A stretch of DNA of 64,000 bases from Macrostomum lignano (GCA_002269645.1 NIVC01000566.1:62001-126000); one strand, 5' to 3'; shown: positions 49,322 through 62,300, numbered from the stretch's first letter. Numbers and translations are program-made. The notes: generated by a model not told the origin, from the sequence alone.

Positions 49322-49406
49322 TGGGATTGGGAATCGAACCCCCGACCGTCGTTTTCTCGTTTTCTAGTCGTGAGTGCGACGCTCTCACCACTAGACTACA
49401 AGCCCC
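49322..49406 (-). pseudogene. Degenerate tRNA-like sequence (tRNA pseudogene or SINE head)
   Basis: Minus strand has A-box-like TAGTCTAGTGG and B-box GGTTCGATTCC, but the anticodon arm and variable region are irregular. Confidence 0.5.
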
Positions 49407-49554
49407 AGTTAAAAATGTTAAAAATTAAAAAAAGACTTGAAAACGCGGTGTACGTACGAAGTTATGTAAGATTAGGTTCTGTCAATCAGACAGGCTATGC
49501 AAGTTGCGGCCTGTGCAGAAAGTTAGCCAATTCTTTAAACCCAAGAGTTTAGGG

Positions 49555-50870
49555 GCGGGGCGGCCCAGCAACTGACACTCTGGGAGGCTGGCCCAGCAGC
49601 AACTGAGGATCTGAGAGGCTGGCCCAGCAACTGAGGATCCAAGAGGCTGGCCCAGCAACTGAGGATCTGAGAGGCTGGCCCAGCAACTGAGGATCTGAGA
49701 GGCTGGCCCAGCAACTGAGGATCTGGGAGGCTGGCCCAGCAACTGAGGATCTGGCAGGCTGGCCCAGCAGCAACTGAGGATCTGAGAGGCTGGTCCAGCA
49801 ACTGAGGATCTGAGAGGCTGGCCCAGCAACTGAGGATCTGGGAAGCTGGCCCAGAAACTGAGGATCTGAGAGGCTGGCCCAGCAACTGAGGATCTGAGAG
49901 GCTGGCCCAGCAACTGAGGATCTGAGAGGCTGGCCCAGCAACTGAGGATCTGGGAAGCTGGCCCAGAAACTGAGAATCTGAGAGGCTGGCCCAGAAACTG
50001 AGGATCTAAGAGGCTGGCCCAGCAACTGACACTCTAGGAGGCTGGCCCAGCAACCGCAAGGATCTGGGAGGCTGGCCCAGCAACCGCAAGGATCTAGAAG
50101 GCTGGCTCAGCAACTGACACTCTGGGATGCTGGCCCAGCAACTAAGAATCTGGGAGGCTGGCCCAGCAACTGACACTCTGGGAGGCTGGCCCAGCAACTG
50201 AGGATCTGGGAGGCAGGCCCAGCAACTGACACTCTGGGAGGCTGGCCCAGCAACTGAGGACCTGGGAGGCAGGCCCAGCAACTGACACTCTGGGAGGCTG
50301 GCCCAGCAACTGACACTCTGGGAGGCTGGCCCAGCAACTGAGGATCTGGGAGGCAGGCCCAGCAACTGAGGATCTGAGAGGCTGGCCCAGCAACTGAGAA
50401 TCTGAGAGGCTGGCCCAGAAACTGAGGATCTAAGAGGCTGGCCCAGCAACTGACACTCTAGGAGGCTGGCCCAGCAACTGACACTCTAGGAGGCTGGCCC
50501 AGCAACTGACACTCTAGGAGGCTGGCCCAGCAACTGACACTCTAGGAGGCTGGCCCAGCAACTGACACTCTAGGAGGCTGGCCCAGCAACCGCAAGGATC
50601 TGGGAGGCTGGCCCAGCAACCGCAAGGATCTGGGAGGCTGGCCCAGCAACCGCAAGGATCTAGAAGGCTGGCCCAGCAACCGCAAGGATCTGGGAGGCTG
50701 GCCCAGCAACTGAGGATTTAGGAGGCTGGCTCAGCAACTGAGGATCTGGGAGGCTGACCCAGCAACTGACACTCTGGGAGGCTGGCCTAGCAACTGAGGA
50801 TTTGGGAGGCTGGTTCAGCAACTGAGAATCTGGGAAGCTGACCCAACAACTGACACTCTGGGAGGCTTAG
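49555..50870. repeat. 28-bp minisatellite (gaggctggcccagcaactgaggatctga)
   Basis: About 46 copies with three recurring internal variants. Confidence 0.96.
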
Positions 50871-51167
50871 TGTCCAAGCAAACGAGGATTTGTGAGCAGG
50901 TGGCATAACCCCACTAAGGTAACTACGTCAGCTAGTGACCACCCAAAAATAATACCAGTATTATATACAAAGATAAACCAAGACAGATTTCACAGATCCA
51001 CAAGGCCAACAAAGCCTATAAGCTCTGTCCTCCGACCCCAGCGAAACTCAAAACACAGAAAAGCCCAATAACAGCAGAACTACGTCGCGAATGTGATAGA
51101 AGCTCTCTCGAGTCGCCCAACACTGCAAGCCAGCAAGCAGGCCAAGACCAGCACAGCACACGCAGCC

Positions 51168-52929
51168 TCAGAGATAATAGAAGCCCAGAAACCACCAGAT
51201 GGAGGCCGGCTTGGCTTGCCACTCGGGCAGCATCCGGTGCTGGCTGGCGTTGAGCTGCACAGTCAGGCGGGTGCACAGCGGCTGCCTGTCAATCAGGCGC
51301 AGCGAGTACGAGCCCGAACCCAGCGAGCTCACGCCGTCTTCGAACTGGCGAGCGCGCCAGTGCCGGAACTGGCTGTAGGCCGACTCGATGCGGACGGCCT
51401 TGGGGTGGCGCACCATCTTGTAGCGACCGAGGGTGAGCGGCGGACGGGACACCAGCATGCCGGCCTCCATCGTGCGGGCGCTGATGTCGTCGTCCTCGTT
51501 GCCCCAGCCCCAGTACACATTGGAGAAGCCGTTGATGCGGAAGAAGTTCTTGCTGCTCATCGCTGCACACGACCGATGGGAAGAGAACTGGTTTTAATCC
51601 CGCTTACTAACAACACGTCAAACGATACATATCGGCATAGCTACTCACCCAGCACAGCGCCGAGGTAGTTGTAGAACATCACGTGATACCGCATCTCGTC
51701 AATGGCGGATGCCAGGTGCCTGGCGTTCTCATCGCACAGGTACACATTCCGATCGTGCTCGGGAATCATGTCCACATCGTGGAAGATGAAGCAGTCAAAG
51801 CTGGCCAGCTTCAGGGCCTCCACCACGCCAACGTTCATCAGCATGCCTCGGTTGAAGGGCTCCGGTCCGGTCTGGGTGATGGGGCACAGAGGCTGGGTAG
51901 ATTTTAGAAGCTGCCTCTATCTGCTTAAGTCTGTTTACGTGCTGAAACACAGTGCTCAACTGCCTGCTCACCTGCTCAATTCACAGCTCACTGCTCAACT
52001 AACTGCTCAACACACTGCTCAACTAACTGCTTACCTGCTCAACTAACTGCTTACCTGCTCAACTCACTGCTTACCTGCTCAACTAACTGCTTACCTGCTC
52101 AACTAACTGCTTACCTGCTCAACTCACTGCTTACCTGCTCAACTAACTGCTTACCTGCTCAACTCACTGCTTACCTGCTCAACTAACTGCTTACCTGCTC
52201 AACTAACTGCTTACCTGCTCAACTAACTGCTTACCTCCTCAACTCACTGCTTACCTGCTCAACTAACTGCTTACCTCCTCAACTCACTGCTTACCTGCTT
52301 AACACACTGCTCAACTCACTGCTTACCTGCTCAACTCACTGCTTACCTGCTCAACACACTGCTCAACTAACTGCTCAACTCACTGCTCAACTGCTTAACT
52401 AACAGCTCACTGCTTAACTGCCTGCTCAAATGACTGCTCAACTGCTTAAGTTACTGCTTAACGCATTGCTCACCTGCTCAACCACAAACACAGTGTACTT
52501 CATCAGCTGCCTTCTCAGCATCCGATGCAGCCGGTTCAGCAGCAGCCGCAAGTGAAAGTCCCGATTCCTGAAGGCCACCATCACGGCTACGTGTTGCAGT
52601 GGGGTGCAGTTTGATGGAGCCCAGCTTCCGCCAGGACGCAACCTCATTTGTGTCGGAACTTCGGGACCAGCCAGAGCAGTCTCCAGATGATGCAGCTCAG
52701 GTGCATGTTGCAGATCCAGCGGCTGCAGCTGCAGACTGTCCCGCCGCAGATAGCAGCGACCCGACTTCAGCCTGGAGTCGTCGGCTGGCCAGTCTTCAAT
52801 GAAGACGTCCGGCTGCGAGTAGCGGCACCTGCTGCTGTAGTTGAAGAGGGCGAACACCCACAGGCACAGGTACAGGCACAGCAGCAGGTAGCGGCCCGCG
52901 ACTGGCACCTGTCTGTACAGGCGGTACAT
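51168..52929 (-). CDS. GT7 beta-1,4-galactosyltransferase-like protein, copy C (~357 aa, 3 exons)
   Basis: Exons 52929-52474, 51871-51649, 51562-51168; same catalytic motifs; divergent C-terminal ~70 aa. Confidence 0.9.
51960..52460. repeat. 20-bp minisatellite (ctgcttacctgctcaactaa) in intron 1 of GT7 copy C
   Basis: About 16 near-perfect units at 52021-52360 with degenerate flanks. Confidence 0.95.
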
Positions 52930-53949
52930 CAGCGGCCGGCTGGAATAAAAATAGTTTCAATGTGCTGCAAAACTACTTATCTAATGGAATATTGAAGTAG
53001 TTAGTTCGGGTTTAAGCGTTAAAATAATATTTACAAACTCTTTTGACCTTTAGACTGCCAACAACGGAATGAACGAACGCAACACAGTAGACCAATTAAA
53101 ATACAGTAAGCTAACATCTTTAATACATTGTTACTAAGCATATTTGTATGTTGTATTTGCCAGGATAATTAAACAGGTTAAGCAAGAAAAGACAATAACT
53201 ATTATTAGACCCTGTTTACATTATCAACACACTACTTAACTGTCTAGTAGCAATAGTAGCATCTTGGATGAAGTGTGTGGAAACATGGAGGTGAAAAATA
53301 AATTTTACAAGCGTCAAGCCTTCAGCCTAACAGAAATCTGCGGTGTTGCAACAGAATTTACCGAATATTATTAAACACAGGACTGACAGGACTGACAGCA
53401 ATTACAGGACACGCAGAACAATCACGAAGACTAATATTAGCAGTTGTTATGCACTCGGTGAAAGATTTTTTTGCGTCCAATCTTGTACCGAGATAATAGG
53501 TTGCCATTTTTTACCACAAAAATTGTCATTCCTTGCGATATAAGGAAGGCCTAATCTTCATCTTTTGATATGTCTTGCCTTCTTATAGCTCTATTGACAT
53601 TCATAAAACTTTTCATGATTTTTAGGCACGGTACAGTAGGCACGTAGTTTTCCGTCCTACTTGAGTAGTCCTTGGACTGACTATTGCCAGCGTCTGCCCC
53701 TGACTGACCTTTCTAAGATAGAAAGTCATCTGCTTATTATTCTAAGACAGCAAATTTTGAATTAGCGCGCAAAAAACTTGTTTAACTGAGCGTAAAGGAG
53801 TTACAGAATAGGTCAGAACAGGTGAAAGTGCAACGGCGAGAATGCCACAACTATCAGTGTGACGGGGCGGGAGAAAGAGACGCCACAGAAATGCCATCAG
53901 CCGGTCCCTCAGAGGGGGGCGCATCCGCTAGTCCACTATACTAAAAAAA

Positions 53950-56388
53950 TCAGCGCCCGCCACTCTGGTTCAGCGAGTACGTGCACTCGGCATTCACTGT
54001 GGTCTTCTTTATCGCCTGCCTCTCGAACATGCCAGTCAGAGCGGCCGCCAGCGCCTGGCACAGCACCGACTTGTTGGTCTCCTTGTACTTTTTATATTTG
54101 CTGCGCAGCTTCTTGGACAGCTCGGCCAGCGTCATCGGCCGCCTGCCCAGGTAGTGCCGAATCAACGACTCGTCGATCAGGTTGGCCGCCTGGCCAGCCG
54201 AAGCTGACGACGTCTTCTGGCGCTTGGCTGGCGGCCCGTCAGAGACTGCCTCCCCACCCAGCTGCGCCTTCTCCTTGATGCGCTTCACCAGCGCCTCGCG
54301 CCTCTCCGTCTCCTTAGCCGGGGAAGGCTGCTTAGCTTTCTTGTGCTTCTTCTTTTTCTTATGTTGCTGCTTTTTCTCCTTCTTGGAAGTTTTTCTGTCC
54401 GAGGAGTCGTCGGAGCCGCTGCCGCCGCCGCCGCCGCTGCTGTCGCTGTCCTCCTCGTCCTCGCCGTCTTCCCCGTCATCCTCATCGGCGCCTTTGCCGA
54501 CAGACTTGCTCGGCTTGCTCCCGGCCGCCGACTTCTTGCTGGTCGACGCGTCATTCTCGGCACCGTTTTTCTCACCGTCGGCACCGGCGGCGGCACCGCC
54601 CTCGGTCTCGCTCTCCTCTTCGTCGGACACCAGCAGGCCCTTCATGGCGTCCTCCTGGTCCAGGCCCTTCTCCTCGTAGATGTCCACCTTCTCAGACTCG
54701 GACACGCTGCCAGAGCTGCTGTGGGTCAGGTAGTCCAGCTCGTCGCCCTCGTGATCGTCCAGCTCCGACTCGTCTTCGACTTCGCCGTCCGGGTCACGCT
54801 CGCCGCCGCCTTCGTCCTCGCTGCCAGGCTGGCCCTCTTTTCGCTTGCGCTTGAACCGCGGCGCCCGACGCTTGCCGCGCCCACCGCCGGCAGCGCCTCC
54901 TTTCTTTGACGACGAAGCGGCCGGGCCGGCGCTCCGGCCGCCGGACTTCGAGGTGGCCGCCGTTCCCCCGTCGCGATCGTCAGCGTCGGCTTCGTCCGAA
55001 TCGCCGGCCTCGTCGCCGAATTCGTCCATGTCGGTCAGCTGCAGACGCGACCGACGCGACGATCGGCCGCCGCCACCGCCGCCGTCTCCCCGGTCTAGAT
55101 CCTCGCCGTCGTCGCCATCCTTGTCGCCGGCCGACTTCTCCTCGCCTCCGCCCTCGTCCTTGGCGTTGAGACGGTGCCGCAGCATCAGGTTGTACTTGTT
55201 GAGCGTCTTGTCCCGCTTGTTGAACTCCTCCTCCGCCTCCTCCGAGTTGAAGTGCCGGTAGGCCACGTCAGGCACGAACTTGTAGAAGTCGTCCGCGGGC
55301 AGAGCCTCGAAGGTGTTGTTGGCTTCGCTCTTCATGAACACCCAGTAGGCGGCGTTGGCCGTGATGCCGCCCTCGCGCGAGCCTTTGAACTTTTTGGCGG
55401 CATCGCGACCTGAGCCGGTGAAGGACAGCTGCATCGGCTGGTTGAAGGGGTTGAACCGGCTGCAAGGCGGGGGCGAGGGCAGCGGCTGGTATAGACCAAA
55501 ATATACATGGATCGAGATGGACACCCTAGACAGTTAAATAAAATACGGATAAACACTTAAGATGGACAGATACGAGCGTAGACACCATTCAAAAAAAGCA
55601 AACGGACACCCTCCAATTCAACATTGCAGACGGACACCCTCCCATCCAACACTGCAGATGGACACCTCATTAAAACCGGCGGACACCCCAGCCAGACGAG
55701 CGGACACCCGCAGATCTCACCGAAGCGCCCCGGCGTGTTTCCGCTTCTTGGCCTCGTCCCGTTCGGCCTGTCTGTAGGCGCTGCCCTCGCCGTACATCGG
55801 GCGCTGCTGCTGGCTGGGATTCTCGGCCTCAGCGGCTGCCGCGGCTGCCGCTGCAACGGCGGTGGGCAGGCGGCCGAACCTGCCAAGTCGCTGCAGGCTG
55901 GCCTCTGTGGCGGTGGACAAATCCGGCACCTGCGAGCTGCTGAAGCTCAGCACGCTCAGCCGTCTTAGCGAGGTGTTGCTAGGCACGATAATGCGGTACT
56001 GGTACTGAGGCGGGGCCTGACTCTGCACAGATGATGAAGCGGCTGCCTGAGACTGCTGCTGAGCAGTCGCTCTCTGCAGCTGGTAGAACTGCGGCTGCTG
56101 CGATGAGCCAAGCCGGATGACTTGCTGTTGCTGCTGCAGCAGCTGCGGCCGCACACCAGCAACTGAGGTGGCGCCACCGCCTGGCGGCATAATGGCAACC
56201 GGGATGGCGCCAGTGGCGGTGGCGCCTGGCAGTGCGGGCGAAACGCGGATCATCTGGCCGGCCGTCGATGCCGGTGGGCCACGCGGCAGCAGCAGGCGGG
56301 TGACGCCGGGCGCGCCGGGGGCGCCAGCGGGCGGGCCGGGCTGGAAGCTCACGATGCCGCGCGGCTGCTGCTGCTGCTGCTGATTTGC
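53950..56388 (-). CDS. GTF2F1: Transcription factor IIF large subunit (RAP74); first exon not located
   Basis: Exons 56388-55721 and 55459-53950 join in frame. RAP74-like YRIIVP...MYGEGSAY...EAKKRK, KKFKGSREGGITANAAYWVF...FEALPADDFYKF...EEAEEEF, an acidic/charged middle and a C-terminal winged-helix-like IRHYLGRRPMT. Confidence 0.9.
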
Positions 56389-56479
56389 CTGCAATCGGAA
56401 TTGTTGCCAACCGCATTAGTACATTGCATTTAGTGGCATTCCAGGAAATCTTCCTATGCCTGCATCTAAGACTCCCATT

Positions 56480-57190
56480 TCAGTTCCTAATCGGAATTTC
56501 AAGCATCTCGGTTCGATAATCTCCTAAGCTGAGAATCTCCCATCTCAGAAGATCAGCCTGGTAATCTCCCTTTTCAGCCTAATAATCTCCTATTTCAGCC
56601 TGATAATCTCCCATCCCAGACTGATATTCTCCCATCTCAGACTGATAATCTCCTATCTCAGACTAATTTTCTTCAATCTCAACCTGATGATCTCCTATCT
56701 CAGCCTCATTACCTTCAATCCCATACTGATAATCTCTTATCTCGAACTGATATTCTCCCATTTCAGCCTCATAATCTCCTTTCTCAGCCTAATAATCTCT
56801 CATCTCAGGCTGATATTCTCCCATCTGAGACTGATATTCCCATCCCAGATTGATAATCTTCATCTTAGACTAATTATCTCCTATCTCAACCTGATGATCT
56901 CCTATCTCAGCCTCATTACCTTCAATCCCATACTGATAATCTCTTATCTCGAACTGATATTCTCCCATTTCAGCCTCATAATCTCCTTTCTCAGCCTAAT
57001 AATCTCTTACCTCAGGCTGATATTCCCATCCCAGATTGATAATATTCATCTCAGACTGATAATCTACCATCTCAGACTGACAATCATATATCTCAAACTG
57101 ATAATCTCCCTTTTCAGCCTATTAATCTCTATCTCAGACTGATAATCTCCAATCTCAGCCAGATAATCTCTATTATTTGCCTGATAATCT
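56480..57190. repeat. Degenerate ~21-bp repeat (ctgataatctcctatctcag) with a ~230-bp higher-order duplication
   Basis: Direct reading; lies upstream of the GTF2F1 acceptor at 56389-56391. Confidence 0.85.
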
Positions 57191-57889
57191 CATATATTAT
57201 TGAGTATATTTTATCTACTCTACATAGCATGACACTGCAATAACATAATTACTATCAAAGAGTAAGAACATGGAAAAATCTGTATCTACTCAAGAAGAGC
57301 CTCTTCAGTAGTATCTGCCGCAAATTTATTTATTAGTTAAATATAATATTCGTCATTAGGAAAAGTTTCGCCCAAACGCGCATTTGAATTATGCAATAAA
57401 TTTTTCTTTATTCAAAAAACGAAACAATTAACTTAACGGAGTAGAAAGTCAGAGCAGAGGAAAGGTGATAACAGCTTCTGGTGTCACACCTGAACTTAGG
57501 GATCGATATGCAGTTGCTGCGGAATTGGACAACCGAATAATTAAGGAATGAAATTTATCTGCAATCAAAAAAACAAAAAAGTGTAAAACTCGTTTGACCC
57601 AATTCGGTCGGCGGGAATGTACAGAGGCGGGACAGGTATGGACGGATTATATTTTGAATAGTTAGAATTCATCACAGATTCCAGAATGACTAGATATACC
57701 ACTCGCAGTTGAAGTTGTCGTCTATTTTTTTTCAGTAGCTTGTCTGCGCATTGTCACTTAAATTTGATTTAGTACGTAAAATTTCTTTTCCTTAATCGGG
57801 GTTTGTGGCCTTTGGAGCAGATGGGGATTCTTAATTCTCAACAAGAATTTAGACAAAATATATTCAAGTGAATGCAAGACGGACGAAAC

Positions 57890-58250
57890 TCAGCCTAGCC
57901 AGCAAACGAGAGAGCAGTAAGGAGAGAGGCCAAAGTCAGACGGACGAAATTTAGTCTAGGATGGGCAGGCCAAATCTAGCCCAGCCAATGAGAGAGCAGT
58001 AAGGAGAGAGGCCAAAGTCAGACGGACGAAATTTAGTCTAGGATGGGCAGGCCAAATCTAGCCCAGCCAATGAGAGAGCAGTAAGGAGAGAGGCCAAAGT
58101 CAGACGGACGAAATTTAGTCTAGGGGGGGGCAGGCCAAATCTAGCCCAGCCAATGAGAGAGCAGTAAGGAGAGAGGCCAAAGTCAGACGGACGAAACTCA
58201 GTCTGGGGGGCAGGCCCAATCTAGCCCAGCCAATGAGAGAGCAGTAAGGA
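57890..58250. repeat. ~82-bp tandem repeat, ~4.5 copies, containing CAGCCAATGAG
   Basis: agagagcagtaagg core at 57909, 57991, 58073, 58156 and 58236. Confidence 0.93.
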
Positions 58251-59310
58251 TAGACGTGAAAGTCAGATACAAGCGGGCAAGAGGAAAGCCCAACTGTTTT
58301 TCGGACTTCTATTTTGCTTGCTATGCACACGCAATGGATTTCGGCGCAGCTGGAAAACATGATTAAGATGCTAATTTAACGCGTCTGCTTGCAGAAAGTC
58401 AGAGCCGATTGTTGCAGTTAAAAACCTTTAAATACGCTGATTTTGCTACTAAGAGTAGCTGAGTGTTTTGTTGCGAGTGACAGATCCAGTTATTTTAGTA
58501 TCCGTCTAAAGCTTGATAATATAGATTTTATTAAGAAAAATATCCGAGGCAAAAAGGCAAATATTGAAAAAACTGTTCTATGTTAAAAGGAAAATTAGAA
58601 TATAAACAAATTGGTGAAAATTTGTTCGTGGTGGGTACCATTGTGCCAGACAATTCTGGTGACAAAAAATCAACAACAGCAATCATTGAAGTGAAGTCAG
58701 ATAGAGAAAAACACGCAGCATTTACATTTTGTCTCATCAGCTGCGACAGCTTGCTAAATTATTCATATACTTTAGAGAAAAACTCTCGCCGATGCAAACA
58801 GGCTTACTAGTAGTAGAAAAACGCGACTTTTACGCTTAGAGTAAATTAAAGAGTAAATTAAATATCAGTAACCGAGAGAAGCTCTAAGTATATACTTAAC
58901 ACATATAAGGAAAATTCTGCTCTTTCAAATCTTCAAGTTAGAGGCAATGTAATATAAGGACAGGTATTAGTATTTGAGAAATTCGGCAAAATAAATATAC
59001 TCTCTGCTACAATATATATATCAGCACTAAAGTTAACAATGAATATTATATATAAATATATTTAAAGCAGAAGCCTCAAATTGCAAGAATAACAAGTGAT
59101 AGTCTCCGATACAGACAGACAGAAGTCAAAACACAATAAAAATTGAGAGATCAGCGGCCGCAGATTGAAGGTCCGGGACTCGAACTCCCAAAATAAAAAC
59201 TGAAAACAGACTTTTCAGTCTATCTATCATCCAGGAGAACAGACAGAGAACATTCACAAACAAGATCAAAAATAAGCAAAACAGACAAATTTGATGATCG
59301 CGTATTTCAA

Positions 59311-62300
59311 TTAGGACTTCAAGTACTTTGCCGCCCAGTCAGTTCGCATGTTGGTGCCGCCGCCGCCGCCAGCTCCGCCGCCTCCGCGACCACCAGCGCC
59401 GTAGCCGCCGCCTTTACCGGTGCCGCCGCCCGCAAATGTCGACGGAACGTAGCCGCCAGCCAGAGGCTTCTGCCCGACAGCCGCAGGCGGAGCTGCCGCG
59501 GGTGCGCCGAGGCCGCCGCCGCCTCGGCCAGGCTGCTGCTGCTGCTGAGCTCCGTAGCCGGCGCCGTAGCTGCCGGCGCCCATGCTGAACGGATCGACGG
59601 CCGCGTTGGAGCCGGTGCTCTTGGGGTTGATGCCGGGCAGGTAGCGGGACCGCGATTTGTACAGCGAGCCCGCCGACTGCTTCCCGGAGTCCCGGCGGCC
59701 GCCCATGGCGGGCAGGTCGGAGCCGGCCGGCTTGCCGGACATCTGCAAATGGGGGAGCGGATTTGCGCTGAAGGATTTGGGGATGCAGTTTGGGGATTTG
59801 GGGTGCGGTTTGGGGGATTTGGGGATGCGGTTTAGAGGATTTGGGGATGCGGTTTAGGGATTTGAGGATGCAGTTTAAGGGATTTGGGGATGCGGTTTAG
59901 GGGATTTGGGGATGCGGTTTAGGGGATTTGGGGATGCGGTTTACGGGATTTGGGGATGCGGTTTAGGTGATTTAGATTTAGACATTCAGCTTAGGGGAGG
60001 TGGGAGGATTGCAAGTGGCACCGCGATTTAGGAAAGTGGCGGCTCAGCAACTGAGGATCTTAGCAACTGGAACTGAGGCTCTGGGAGGATGGCTACCCCA
60101 ACAAAGATGAAATAATCTAGGACAGCAGTTGCAAACTCTCCATCCAAGCACAACAAAGACCAACCTGTGGCTGTACCCGTTTGCCGCTGGTCGGTCCGCC
60201 TAGCAGATTCGAGCCCAGGATGTCGTCAATATCGATGCTCTCTCGCCGATTGGCGCCGCCAATGCCGGAGTTGCCTCCGTAGGCGCGGTTGCCGCCGCCA
60301 AGATACGAGGCCTGGTGCCCCCTTGCCGGCTGCTGCTGCTGTGGCGGCTGTGCTGGCCGACCCAAGAAGCTGCTGAAATCCTCGTCGGCGTCCATCCAGC
60401 TGTCGGTGGCGCCCTGCCGGTTAGCGGCGGGCGGAGCCGGGAACGCCTTGGCAGCTGGCTGCTGCGGCCGGGACAGCCCGGGCAGCGGCTGCTGGTGCTG
60501 CCTGGCCATCTTCGGCTTGCTGCTGTAGCTCAGATCGAAGTCGTCCATGAGCTGGTCGAAGCTGTCCTTGGCGTCCGGGCCTTGGCCGCCGCCGGCCCAG
60601 CGGTTCCGGCTGGACTTGGCGCCCGGCACGGGGACGGTCACGGATTCCTGGCGCTGCTGCACCAGCTGCTGCTGCTGTTGCTGCTGCAGGGGCGACACTT
60701 CAGCAATCGGTACCTGAAAGTTGCAGTACAGGTAGATAGACTACCAGCTTAATTAAAAGCATATCCACAGACTGAACAAACGCAGGGTTCAATGATCTTC
60801 ATATCTCTGACATTGAGATCGCAAACTATCATCTCTCAGATTGGGATCTCAAATTCCCATCCTCAGATTGGGATCTCAAATTCTCATTCCTCAGATTGGG
60901 ATCTCAAATTCCCATCCTCAGATTGGGATCTCAAATTCTCATTCCTCAGATTGGGATCTCAAATTCCCATCCCTCAGATTGGGATCTCAAATTCCCATCC
61001 CTCAGATTGGGATCCCGAATTCCCATCCCTCAGATTGGGATCTCAAATTCCCATTCCTCAGATTGGGATCTCAAATTCCCATTCCTCAGATTGGGATCTC
61101 AAATTCCCATTCCTCAGATTGGGATCTCAAATTCCCATTCCTCAGATTGGGATCTCAAATTCCCATTCCTCAGATTGGGATCTCAAATTCCCATTCCTCA
61201 GATTGGGATCTCAAATTCCCATCCTCAGATTGGGATCTCAAATTCTCATTCCTCAGATTGGGATCTCAAATTCCCATCCTCAGATTGGGATCTCAAATTC
61301 TCATTCCTCAGATTGGGATCTCAAATTCCCATCCCTCAGATTGGGATCTCAAATTCGCATTCCTCAGATTGGGATCTCAAATTCCCATTCCTCAGATTGG
61401 GATCCCGAATTCCCATCCCTTAGATTGGGGGATCTTAAATTCCCATCCCTAAAATTGGGCTTTAAATTCTTATCACTAAGATTTGGATTTTTAATTCCCA
61501 TCCCTAAGAACTCCCGGAACGTTAATCCCAAAACCCATCTTTAAAATAAGCAGTGTCTGAAACATTTCAAAAAGTAAAAATTATCACTACATTGAATTAG
61601 AATGAACTGCCGATATGTTTAGAAAATCAAGTTAAACCAGGCGATAAGCTCCCATTTACCTGTCCATTGCTCCTATTATTAAACGGCTGTCTCCTGGCGC
61701 TAGCGGCATTGGGCTGCAGCCGCTGACTGCTGGCCGCAAAGTAGGCATGCTTCAGCGCGTCCTTGGCATTGGGCCGGTGCTTGGGGTTCCAGGCCAGCAT
61801 GTCCAGCATGATGGCGATGCCGTCGGTTGACGCGTTGGGAATCAGCGAGGACAGCTGCGTGGCGATGCACTGCGGGAATTTGAAGTTCATAGCGGCCGCC
61901 AGTTGGAAGCCTTCAGGCCAATCGTCGTTGCGAGGCGTCCCGAGCACCGAGCAGATCTTGAAGATCATGTCGATCTCCGAGCTGCCGGGGAACAGCGGCC
62001 TGAAGGTGTACAGCTCAGCCATGATGCAGCCCATGGCGAACACGTCAATAGGCGAGTTGTAGGAGGTGGAGCGGAGCAGGATCTCCGGCGCGCGGTACCA
62101 GCGGGTGGCCACATAGTCAGTGTAGGGCGGCTTGGACCGGATCTCCCTGGCCAGGCCGAAGTCCGCCAGCTTGATGTGATGGTCCGGATTGCACAGGATG
62201 TTCTCCGGCTTCAAGTCGCGGTGGAAGAAGCCCATCCGGTGCATGTAGGCCAGGCCGTCCGTGCACTGCCAGACGATGTTGCGCACCACTTCCTCTGGGA

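Noticed and set aside
49555-50870. CRISPR-like appearance (constant part plus variable part)
   Set aside because: Variable parts are three recurring variants, not unique spacers; no cas genes; eukaryotic context. The same applies to all other arrays.
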